Shown piece after piece: positions 40,738-49,392 of a DNA stretch of 64,000 nt. The notes below the pieces were generated by a model. The model was not told the DNA's origin and searched no databases. It saw only the letters and a program-made list of their open reading frames with translations. This DNA is from a virus, in IMG/VR virus record IMGVR_UViG_3300005613_000035, positions 17,189 to 81,188 of that record; one strand, written 5' to 3'. Position 1 is the first letter of the stretch, and every line of letters begins with the position of its first letter. Both the position numbers and the translations under genes were made by a program.

Positions 40738-41853
40738 TCATACTATAAGTTTCTCCATGTGCTCTCTAATTTCACCCCAATTTCCCACTCTAAGAATACC
40801 AGAATTGGCTCTAACATGTTGGTTCCAGGGTTTATCAAATAAAAAGCAGGATGCTCTGGTATTCCTATACACATCTTCAACTATTGATCCTCTATCCTCC
40901 ACCAAAAATTTAATGTCATACTCGTTAATAACATCTGCTTTTGTTTTACCTTCTTCTCCATCACAAAAAGATAAGGAATAAAAAATTCCTAATTTGTTTA
41001 ATAGCTTACAAGTTACATTTTTAAACCTTTCATCCCTCCCAGTAATAAAATGAATGCGAGTTCCTTTAGATGCTAACCATAGTATAGTTTCTACAGCGCC
41101 ATCTATAAATTTAAGGTTATCACTATCTTCAATTACTAACTCTATTGCAGCCCTTTCAACCTCCTTGTCAATATGAAGACATTTATATATGTCATACCTT
41201 TTTATACGATGTACAGAGAATACTTCATTATAAAACCTACCTATAAGGGATATTATGGAAGGTATTGTAGTAACAATACAATCGTCTATATCAATTCCAA
41301 AGCTAATATTTGATTGATGTAGCTTGGTTTTAAATTCTACAGCACACTCCTTTAGATCTTCAATAGTTCCTATATTGTCTATTATAAAATCATAGTTGTA
41401 ATCCTCAACGTTTTTGTCAGAATCATTATTAGGTATAGCTATGTTAGGCTTATGTATCAACAAAGTCTTACACACACTTTCAAATCTATAATTTACATGA
41501 GATACAAGTTTTTTTATTTCTTCGGGTTCTCTACAATGTATGAATATAAAAACCGAATTATAGTTAGTTACTACATACTCTGCCTGTAGAACATGCTCTA
41601 TATATTCAAAAGTTGCCCAACAAGGCCCCTCATTATACTCAACCCATAATTTTTTAATGTCCGATAAAAATTTTCTATATTTGTCATTTTTTATTGGGCC
41701 AGGTACGAGTTCTCTAACTGCTTTCTTTACTTTGTTGATAGTAGAGAATTCATATACAACCTCATTATTAGAACATATGTTCTCGAATAGCTCTACAAAT
41801 GTGTCTTTACCAGCATTAGCACTTCCGTTTATGATTATTACATAGCTTTTCAC
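40738..41853 (-). CDS. Fusion of a dNMP-kinase-like P-loop domain and a HAD 5'(3')-deoxynucleotidase
   Basis: INGSANAGKDT, HCREPEE, DY.YD..IDN; then GIDIDD, ITGR, VEDR, KPWN. Confidence 0.75.
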   Translation of the reverse strand: MKSYVIIINGSANAGKDTFVELFENICSNNEVVYEFSTINKVKKAVRELVPGPIKNDKYRKFLSDIKKLWVEYNEGPCWATFEYIEHVLQAEYVVTNYNSVFIFIHCREPEEIKKLVSHVNYRFESVCKTLLIHKPNIAIPNNDSDKNVEDYNYDFIIDNIGTIEDLKECAVEFKTKLHQSNISFGIDIDDCIVTTIPSIISLIGRFYNEVFSVHRIKRYDIYKCLHIDKEVERAAIELVIEDSDNLKFIDGAVETILWLASKGTRIHFITGRDERFKNVTCKLLNKLGIFYSLSFCDGEEGKTKADVINEYDIKFLVEDRGSIVEDVYRNTRASCFLFDKPWNQHVRANSGILRVGNWGEIREHMEKLIV

Positions 41854-42069
41854 TTAGTTATCCTCCTATTATTCTTTCTCATCTATAACATCAAGTAATT
41901 CTTTAAATTCTTTTGTTATTATCAATCTAACATCATCAATATCTATACAACCATTGTTAAAATCAAACTGATATCTGATGAATTTAGATATCATTTTATT
42001 TATATGATTATAAATATTTATATTATGATCTATGTCCATAGAATTTCCTGTAGTATACTCTATTAAATA

Positions 42070-42453
42070 CTATTTGTCAAGTGCTTTTAATAGCCTTTTG
42101 TATATTTCTAAAAAGTTATCTAAATCCATTATTATTACAGGGTCAACATGATTCTTCTTGCAGATTAATGCCCAATATCTTCCTGCTTCCTGGTTCAATT
42201 TTGCTTGCTTTATCCATGTTAATACTGACCATTTTTCCTGATTCTTGCATTCAATATCTAATAGAATTAATTGTTTAGCTTTACCATACAGCTTTATATC
42301 ACGTCCTGCCTGCCCCATTTCTCGTGATTCTATCTCCTTATCTTTACCCCAAGAAATACCTGTAAGTTCTGATAATTTTTTACATACAAGTTTTTGAAGG
42401 TTACGCCCCTTTGCTTTCCTGCTTTTAATTGATATACTTTTCTTTTTAGCCAT
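42070..42453 (-). CDS. Holliday junction resolvase (PD-(D/E)XK)
   Basis: SRKAKGR.LQ, MGQAG.DI, IECKNQE, QA. Confidence 0.8.
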   Translation of the reverse strand: MAKKKSISIKSRKAKGRNLQKLVCKKLSELTGISWGKDKEIESREMGQAGRDIKLYGKAKQLILLDIECKNQEKWSVLTWIKQAKLNQEAGRYWALICKKNHVDPVIIMDLDNFLEIYKRLLKALDK

Positions 42454-42472
42454 ACATTCCTCTTTAACTAAA

Positions 42473-42898
42473 TTATTTAAGCCTCCAATTTATTGGACTA
42501 TCTGGAGTATAAAAGTTGAAGAGTTGGTGTTTATGGAATCCCCCACTTTTGAAAGGCGTACATAATAAGTCTTTCAAAATAGTTGATATTTCAGGAATCG
42601 TTTCTTTATATGTCTGCTTTCCTACCCTACTATCTGATAATAATAGCCATTCTTCTGGGTCTATGTCTGGTATATCCACAGCTTCAAGTTCGTGTTCCTC
42701 AATTCGGATAAGAGCAAGAGGGAACGCGTAAGTATAGCAGTTCCATTCTTCATCCCACATAGAATTTTCAATTGGACGAGGTGGAATATTCTGTGCCCAA
42801 TCATGAAGAATCTTGACCATTTGGCAGCGCCGAAACTTTGGTTCTCGCATATTATCGTCCCTCACGGTTGCGTCTTTTATATTTTGGTCTTTTATCAT
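42473..42898 (-). CDS. Hypothetical protein
   Basis: ORF track; start uncertain. Confidence 0.55.
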   Translation of the reverse strand: MIKDQNIKDATVRDDNMREPKFRRCQMVKILHDWAQNIPPRPIENSMWDEEWNCYTYAFPLALIRIEEHELEAVDIPDIDPEEWLLLSDSRVGKQTYKETIPEISTILKDLLCTPFKSGGFHKHQLFNFYTPDSPINWRLK

Positions 42899-42963
42899 GT
42901 TTATGCTATTGCCTTTTAGATTTGTTATATAGATTTAACATTCCGATGTTATGATGGTAGTTC

Positions 42964-43149
42964 TCAATCTTTCCATAAAGCTAAATCCTGGATAATAAAA
43001 TCAATTTGGTCGTCCTTACCACCTTTAATATGGACTTCATCCTCTTCTTGGTTTAATGGGACAATTTCCAAAAAAGCTCCATGCGTCATAAAAACGTTCT
43101 CGATATCTTTTTTTAAATCCTTTTCAAATTGATTTAATTTTTTTGCCAT
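42964..43149 (-). CDS. Small hypothetical (cassette-like) protein
   Basis: SD AGGAGG embedded in a GTTAGGA core site. Confidence 0.6.
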   Translation of the reverse strand: MAKKLNQFEKDLKKDIENVFMTHGAFLEIVPLNQEEDEVHIKGGKDDQIDFIIQDLALWKD

Positions 43150-43160
43150 ATTTCAACGCC

Positions 43161-43280
43161 TCCTAACGTTTTAAATAAGCGGGTCCACGGTTTTTTCACA
43201 GGGACCGAACCCTGACCGCCCAACCGTAAAACGTCTTGAGACCCGCTTGTGTTCCGCACAAATGCAGCGGCTTGTTAGTC
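43161..43280 (-). mobile_element. attC-like recombination site
   Basis: GACTAAC overlapping the stop codon ... internal palindrome AAGCGGGTC/GACCCGCTT ... GTTAGGA; 120 bp. Confidence 0.55.
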
Positions 43281-43475
43281 ATTAAACATAAATAATGACC
43301 CTTCATCATCGTTCCTTGGATCATATTCTTTCCAGTCATTTCGCTTCTGACCTTCTATTGGAACCCTTTCCTTTAAGGGTATTGTATGATTTTTCCAATG
43401 TTTTATTTCTGGAGTGGATTCACGATATATTGCACTCCGAACGTGACAACATTTTACTACGCTTTCAAAATCCAT
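43275..43475 (-). CDS. Small hypothetical protein in an integron-like cassette
   Basis: Flanked by complementary GTTAGTC and GACTAAC cores. Confidence 0.65.
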   Translation of the reverse strand: MDFESVVKCCHVRSAIYRESTPEIKHWKNHTIPLKERVPIEGQKRNDWKEYDPRNDDEGSLFMFND

Positions 43476-43505
43476 AATTAATTTCTCCTATGACTAACGT
43501 TTTAA

Positions 43506-43805
43506 TCAGCGGTGCATCGCTATTGCCATACAACCCTCATGGTTGACCTCAGGGCCTTGACCACAGATTTTACACTGGCTTTCCGCATCTGGGGAATTCA
43601 AATATAATTTGGCAAATACCGGACACCATCGTTTCATAACCTCATACGTTTCCGGCGCAAATGTATTATCATCCTCACCATATAACCTTCCAACCAATAT
43701 AAGTATATCAGATTTCAATTCGCGCATTTTGTCCTGACAATCGAAAATATGATCATCCTTTTCGTCATGTGTCTTGCCAACAAAATTCCGATCTTCAAGT
43801 TCCAT
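43506..43805 (-). CDS. Hypothetical protein; C-terminus reads through an attC-like remnant
   Basis: SD within GTTAGGAGG; ends in GCACCGCTGATTAAAACGTTAG. Confidence 0.6.
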   Translation of the reverse strand: MELEDRNFVGKTHDEKDDHIFDCQDKMRELKSDILILVGRLYGEDDNTFAPETYEVMKRWCPVFAKLYLNSPDAESQCKICGQGPEVNHEGCMAIAMHR

Positions 43806-43836
43806 TCTAAGCCTCCTAACATGGAATTAACGGGCT

Positions 43837-44193
43837 TTAGTCCTTGTTAAATTCCAATTCGCAATCATTACAGTTCATATAGGTCATCTGGCATAGATCA
43901 GATGTCGAAGGTATAGTTATTGACGACCCATAATCTCTGGGCTTCAATTCATATTGTCCTTGGTCAGGATCGGCGCGATACCCAAATTCTACCTCAGGTA
44001 TCTGCAACTCGGTTACTGTTCCGGCGTCTATGTCCATGCAGTATAATTGTCCGGTGTACTCGTTTGATAACTCATTAAACTTCCAAAGCATAACAGTAGC
44101 GGCCTCCGGTGAACCTACATGCTTCACAAGTGGTTGAAAGTCAATGTCTGATCCCCCTCCGTTTAAAAACATTAGTAGAATGAATATTTTCAC
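43837..44193 (-). CDS. Hypothetical protein
   Basis: AAGGAGGT SD, GTG start. Confidence 0.6.
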   Translation of the reverse strand: MKIFILLMFLNGGGSDIDFQPLVKHVGSPEAATVMLWKFNELSNEYTGQLYCMDIDAGTVTELQIPEVEFGYRADPDQGQYELKPRDYGSSITIPSTSDLCQMTYMNCNDCELEFNKD

Positions 44194-44271
44194 TTTTTAC
44201 CTCCTTATTTTATCCATTTTATAAACCAACCATAAATAACAGCTTGTCGTTCCATATAACATCTCTACCAC

Positions 44272-44712
44272 TCATCCCGAAGTATCTCGATATTCCAATG
44301 TACCTCCAGTTATCGGTATTATCATCCTCTTCCAAAACTCTGCCCACCTTCCAGAATTAAACCAGACTTGTTCTACTCCTAACTTATTAGGCAATCCAAG
44401 AGTGAATGCACCCATACCATCAAATTCTTCTAAAAAGCTTTCCTTTGTAAATCTATTAAGTGGACAAAGAAAATTTAAGCAACTTTTTGCACGGTCACAA
44501 ACTCCAGATTTTGGTGCTACATTTATAGTAACCACCATAAGCATATTCTTATAATCCTTTGGGGTTACGCCAAAAATTAATTCACTGTAACTACAAATTC
44601 CATAATAAAATTTGGAATATACGGTTTCAGGCTTGAATATGCACTGGCCATTAACCCATGTAACACTGGCAGAAATTGAATCTGGTAATATTATATTTTT
44701 TTCATGTGCCAT
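44272..44712 (-). CDS. Hypothetical protein
   Basis: ORF with GGGAG SD. Confidence 0.6.
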   Translation of the reverse strand: MAHEKNIILPDSISASVTWVNGQCIFKPETVYSKFYYGICSYSELIFGVTPKDYKNMLMVVTINVAPKSGVCDRAKSCLNFLCPLNRFTKESFLEEFDGMGAFTLGLPNKLGVEQVWFNSGRWAEFWKRMIIPITGGTLEYRDTSG

Positions 44713-44886
44713 TTATAACTCCCTTTTTATCTTCTTTAATAACGATCTTCATACTACCTTTTATATACCAAAGTTTTATAGACAGTTCTGTATCTCCCTC
44801 TCCAAAAAATTTAATGTAATCTGATGATAAACACACAGTTTTATTCATTAGCAACTATCTGATCCTTTGTATTGAAACATATTGTT

Positions 44887-46779
44887 TTAATTCCTATTGG
44901 CTATCCTTGATACACCATCTTCCATACTAACTTCTATAACATTTGAAAATGAGTCTGCTATACCTAAATCATGTGATATAACAAATATAGTATCTAACTC
45001 ATTAGCTTTATTTTTTAGTAGCCGTATCACATCCTGTTTTCCATTTTCATCAAGGCTGAGTTCAAGAATTTCGTCAAGGAAGAGAAAGCTAAAACGACCT
45101 AATAAAGAATTGAAAGCAATCTTATCAGCAATTGCAACTCTTTGTCTTTGGCCTCCTGAAAATGACCAATAATCCGTTATTGTTTTATCAGGGCTGAATA
45201 CTTTGTAGCTCACCTTTTCTCTTACATCCCCAGATTTTGTTTGTGCTTGGGAATCTATACTTACACATAAGTTATCAGATATACTACTTAATATAGAATT
45301 GGTAGCTATTTCAACACTCTCTAAAAAAGTTTCAGCCCTCATATTTGGAATCCCAGATTTACCAAAAGCTATTTTAAAGAATTTGTAGTACTTCAAATCT
45401 TCATATAATTCTTTCAACTCTTTCTTCAAGACATCCAACTCTAATTTCTTACTATCTTTTGCTTTATGTTTATCATTTATTAACTTAATGTATGGATTTT
45501 CTTCGCTTTTTATTTCTTTTATTCTATTCAAGCACTCCTGTATTTTTTCCTCCTTAACTTCAATTTTATATTCAATTTGTTTTATAGAGCTGACTACATT
45601 AGTTATTATATCTTGCTTGCTTTTAATACGTTTCTCTTCCTCCCTAATAGACTCTTTAAAATCCATATTACAATATTGAATTGCATCTATACTGTCCAGC
45701 TCGTGAGACAACTCCTCACATGTATACCAGAGTTTGTCATATTCCCCCTCTGCTTTTTTCAGAATAGTATTATATTGCTGACATGTATCTCTACTGTTTT
45801 CTTCCAACTTATCACAGAATACATGAAGCACAGGACATGTATAATTGCTTATAGTGTCTAAGTCTTCCTTTATTCTATCTATTTCAGATGATATTCTTGA
45901 CATTTTAATCTTTATATCAGTTATTTCTTTATTATATTCTTTGTGTTTATCTGAATCATATGGCTTTATTAAACCTTGTAACTTAGCTATGTTATCATTA
46001 ATACTATTAATATCTTTTTTAGCTTGCTTTTTATTCGCAACAAGCTTATTTATAATATGTGTAAAATCTTCAGTCTCTATTTCTTTAATTTCTTTATTTA
46101 TATTTTCAATCTTCAGCTTGTTATTTGCAATCCATTCTTTCTTATTATTCTCCAACTCTAATGTCTCATCTACAATATCTTTAATGAACTCTTTTATATA
46201 TTCTATCTTTATATTAATGTCATGTATATTAGTATTAGTTTCTTCTATCTTATTCTTTGCTGCTGTATAGTATGTGTGATACTTATGTAAGTCTAATGCA
46301 TCATATATAATTTTCTTGCGGTCACTTTCCTTAGCTTCGGGAAATGAAGGAGAACTCTGTGAAAAGATGGTGCTGATACCTAATATATCTTTGTTAATTC
46401 CAAAATATTTATTTATATTCTTTTGAGTTTCCCGACGATCTGATTCTGTATGTGCTTCTTCATTATTATTTATAGAAAATATAGTTTTATTTCCATATGT
46501 CTTATGTTCCCGATACTTTAATATTTTAATTTCATTATCACCATGTTGAAATACACAACCAAGCTCACAGTTTCCTTCTTTATTGAACGAAAATTCTCCC
46601 AGATCGTTTAATTCGGATGTAGTGTCTGTAAGTAAGTATTCAATAGCGAGTCGAATGGTTGTCTTCCCAAACCCATTTTTGGCAGCTATAAGTACCAAAC
46701 CCAAAGTATCTATATCTTTTAGATGAAAGTCTTTGTAAGACCTGAAATTTTTGAACCACAACTCTTTTAGAACAAACAT
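44887..46779 (-). CDS. SbcC/Rad50-like ATPase
   Basis: KNFRSY, NGFGKTT Walker A, coiled coil with CPV...C hook-like motif, FSGGQ signature, FLDE, ISH. Confidence 0.9.
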   Translation of the reverse strand: MFVLKELWFKNFRSYKDFHLKDIDTLGLVLIAAKNGFGKTTIRLAIEYLLTDTTSELNDLGEFSFNKEGNCELGCVFQHGDNEIKILKYREHKTYGNKTIFSINNNEEAHTESDRRETQKNINKYFGINKDILGISTIFSQSSPSFPEAKESDRKKIIYDALDLHKYHTYYTAAKNKIEETNTNIHDINIKIEYIKEFIKDIVDETLELENNKKEWIANNKLKIENINKEIKEIETEDFTHIINKLVANKKQAKKDINSINDNIAKLQGLIKPYDSDKHKEYNKEITDIKIKMSRISSEIDRIKEDLDTISNYTCPVLHVFCDKLEENSRDTCQQYNTILKKAEGEYDKLWYTCEELSHELDSIDAIQYCNMDFKESIREEEKRIKSKQDIITNVVSSIKQIEYKIEVKEEKIQECLNRIKEIKSEENPYIKLINDKHKAKDSKKLELDVLKKELKELYEDLKYYKFFKIAFGKSGIPNMRAETFLESVEIATNSILSSISDNLCVSIDSQAQTKSGDVREKVSYKVFSPDKTITDYWSFSGGQRQRVAIADKIAFNSLLGRFSFLFLDEILELSLDENGKQDVIRLLKNKANELDTIFVISHDLGIADSFSNVIEVSMEDGVSRIANRN

Positions 46780-46782
46780 TAT

Positions 46783-47298
46783 TTAATCCTTTCTCTTTAA
46801 AAAATTTACACCTTCTGCTTTACTATCCTTTTCTAAATATTCACCAAGCTTTTTAAAGTAGTCACCGCAAAAACACTTTAAATAAGAAGCCCATTCTGGG
46901 TCTTCACAGGCTTTAGCTTCAGCTAACTCTTTAACCTCATCACTTAAGTCCTTACAATAACGCCTTAAATAATAAGCCCCCTTTGAAGATTCACAGGCTT
47001 TAGCCTCAGCTAACTCTTTAACTTTAGTACTTAAGCTCTTACAATGTTTCCTTAAATAATAAGCATATTCTGGATCTTCGCAGGCTTTAGCCTCAGCTAA
47101 GGATTTAGTTTTAACACTTAAGCTCCTACAATATCTCCTTAAATAATAAGCCCATTCTGGTACTACCAGATAAAATACCTCAGATAAAGGTGTACCATCG
47201 TATATGTCAGCTAACTTGTTTAACCCTCTATAACAACCATACCTACACCAATTATAGGGATTCTCTTCAAATATACGCTTCATTTCTCCAACTTTCAT
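46783..47298 (-). CDS. 29-aa helical repeat protein (paralogue of 63157..63603)
   Basis: PEWAYYLRRYCKDLSDEVKELAEAKACED repeats (87 nt). Confidence 0.75.
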   Translation of the reverse strand: MKVGEMKRIFEENPYNWCRYGCYRGLNKLADIYDGTPLSEVFYLVVPEWAYYLRRYCRSLSVKTKSLAEAKACEDPEYAYYLRKHCKSLSTKVKELAEAKACESSKGAYYLRRYCKDLSDEVKELAEAKACEDPEWASYLKCFCGDYFKKLGEYLEKDSKAEGVNFLKRKD

Positions 47299-47325
47299 GC
47301 TACACTTCCTTCAATCTTCTGTTAA

Positions 47326-48300
47326 TTAAATTTTAATTAATTGTGCTCCTATTTCTTCAAGCTTTTCTTTATCAAGTTCAGTATCTGCTATACTTATATA
47401 CTCTGATATTTCATCTGTCACACTCATACTACCTTGTATTCTATTCTTTTTCTTTGTTGCTCTTATGATATTTGGAAACACGTTATACTTTTTAAATATT
47501 GGGTTACTAAGTTCGTTAGGTTCTATATCTATTCTATAAAAGTTATAATCGTCCTTTTCAATTGTAGATAATATTTTACTTGAGAATCCAGGTGCTATAA
47601 TAAAGTTTGGAGACTTACATTCTATCTTTGAAACACTACCATTATTATAATGATAAAAGTAGGTGTGGTGCGTCTCTCCAAATGCCTTCCTCATACATGA
47701 CCCCATGTTTATTATATTACCCAACTCTTGTGATTTATGTATGTGCCCATTGAAAACAACATCCCAATCCTTAAATATTTGCTTATCATATTTTTTGTAT
47801 TTATTATATTCACTTCCCAAATATTCTAATCCATATATATCTTCATGTATGAATAATACAGTATGCTTAAATCCATCAGGTACTCCAATGTTATCTGCTA
47901 TTTTAGAATATGGTATAATTCTTATAAGTGTAGTATTAAACACAACATCAGTGGGTTCCGTAACTACAGTTACAATATCCGAAAATGGCTTTAAAGAACT
48001 ACTTATTTCAGAATGGAAGTCGTGGTTTCCTGTATTAAAATATATTTCAAAGCCATCATTACTTAAATTTCTAAATGTACTCCAGACTGAATTGTATAAG
48101 TCTTGTGGTATTCTGTTCTTAATATCAAATAAGTCACCACCATGAAATACTTTCAATACATTGTTTTCTGCCGCATAACTAAATATCTGGCTCACTATAT
48201 CAAGCTGGCATTTAGTCCACGAACTTATACCATTAGGTAATGTATAAGATTTGTTTATATTCTTATCAAAATGAATGTCTGAAAATGCTATAAATTCCAT
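47326..48300 (-). CDS. SbcD/Mre11-like metallophosphoesterase nuclease
   Basis: SDIH, GDLFD, GNHD, GHIH. Confidence 0.9.
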   Translation of the reverse strand: MEFIAFSDIHFDKNINKSYTLPNGISSWTKCQLDIVSQIFSYAAENNVLKVFHGGDLFDIKNRIPQDLYNSVWSTFRNLSNDGFEIYFNTGNHDFHSEISSSLKPFSDIVTVVTEPTDVVFNTTLIRIIPYSKIADNIGVPDGFKHTVLFIHEDIYGLEYLGSEYNKYKKYDKQIFKDWDVVFNGHIHKSQELGNIINMGSCMRKAFGETHHTYFYHYNNGSVSKIECKSPNFIIAPGFSSKILSTIEKDDYNFYRIDIEPNELSNPIFKKYNVFPNIIRATKKKNRIQGSMSVTDEISEYISIADTELDKEKLEEIGAQLIKI

Positions 48301-48324
48301 ACTTTATTCCTTTTAAATTTTAAA

Positions 48325-48717
48325 TCAACTGCGTAAGGATTCTCCAGCTCTCTTAGTACACTCTGGGCAACACTTCTTATTAATTTCACAGTCAGTACAA
48401 GGGCTTACCGCTTTGGCCTTCATTTCTAACACACCAACACTATCAAATTCATCAGAATACGGCCACTCTTCATCATCCCCATAATTTTTCTTTTCGTCGG
48501 TTATTCTGTAGCTTGTTGCGTGGGTAATTTTGGCGATAAAACATTGTCCGCATTTCGCTTCTTCGGAATAACCATCTTCTTCTGCATATTCATTGCAGCA
48601 TTCAAGCAGCCATTCTTCAGCTTCTTTGAATGTTGTAAAAATTTCAATCTTGTGGTTTTCAGCTTCATATGCGATGTAATTGTAATTCATTTTTTCATCC
48701 TCCAATTGTTTGACCAT
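48325..48717 (-). CDS. Hypothetical acidic protein
   Basis: ORF; true start probably the second Met after GGAGG. Confidence 0.6.
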   Translation of the reverse strand: MVKQLEDEKMNYNYIAYEAENHKIEIFTTFKEAEEWLLECCNEYAEEDGYSEEAKCGQCFIAKITHATSYRITDEKKNYGDDEEWPYSDEFDSVGVLEMKAKAVSPCTDCEINKKCCPECTKRAGESLRS

Positions 48718-48739
48718 GTTGTTAATATTCAGCGGTCTC

Positions 48740-48940
48740 CTAAATCCGTATGTGTGTGGCTACCAAGCATTGCTTTGGCTGCTCGGAATCACCATCATTA
48801 AAAAGTGAATTGATATGTTTTCTGCCTATACTCGTTGCCAAATCATGAGCTTCGTCTTTGTCTTTATTACGATAATGAATCGTTACAGACGGATAATCTC
48901 CTACATAATAATCCGGTCTTTCCTCTAAATATATTCTCAT
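48740..48940 (-). CDS. Small hypothetical protein
   Basis: AAGGAGGT SD. Confidence 0.55.
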   Translation of the reverse strand: MRIYLEERPDYYVGDYPSVTIHYRNKDKDEAHDLATSIGRKHINSLFNDGDSEQPKQCLVATHIRI

Positions 48941-48961
48941 TATGAAACCTCCTTAATGAAA

Positions 48962-49081
48962 TATGGGGCGCGACATTCCGAGCGATACCTTTCGGCCCTG
49001 CGATGGGTGTCAATATCTGCGTAGTTTCATCCGTTGATGCCTGTACGCAAATACTCAGCCGCTTACCAGCTTGGCCCCATA
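48962..49081 (-). ncRNA. Candidate four-way-junction structured RNA (~120 nt)
   Basis: Closing stem TATGGGGC/GCCCCATA; arms AGCTG/CGGCT, GTATTTGCGTA/TACGCAGATAT, TGACA/TGTCG; GCC-GAAA-GGT tetraloop. Confidence 0.55.
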
Positions 49082-49095
49082 CGATTTAAATTTTT

Positions 49096-49377
49096 TCAAC
49101 TTCGCGCTTTTTTGTCATTTTCGCTTTTTTTACCCGTAATATCTACGACCCCATCCATTATATTGCAGGTAAAGTGATATCCTTTTAGCTCAGGATAGAA
49201 ATCATAAAGATGCTCAAAAAACATTTTTCTGGTATCCCTTATTGTTTCACCGGCAACATCAATAATCGCCTCAGCATTTTTTCTCTTATCTACAATTTGA
49301 GCCAAAAACATGTGTTCATGTTTTGTTAGAATGATTTTTTCTGGCAGTTTTTCTTCCTCACTTTTTTTCTCTGTCAT
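49096..49377 (-). CDS. Hypothetical protein
   Basis: AAGGAG SD. Confidence 0.6.
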   Translation of the reverse strand: MTEKKSEEEKLPEKIILTKHEHMFLAQIVDKRKNAEAIIDVAGETIRDTRKMFFEHLYDFYPELKGYHFTCNIMDGVVDITGKKSENDKKARS

Positions 49378-49392
49378 TTTTTTCTCCTTTTT

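Noticed and set aside
48962-49081. tRNA or tmRNA gene
   Set aside because: No TTCRA T-loop, anticodon arm, CCA end or tag ORF
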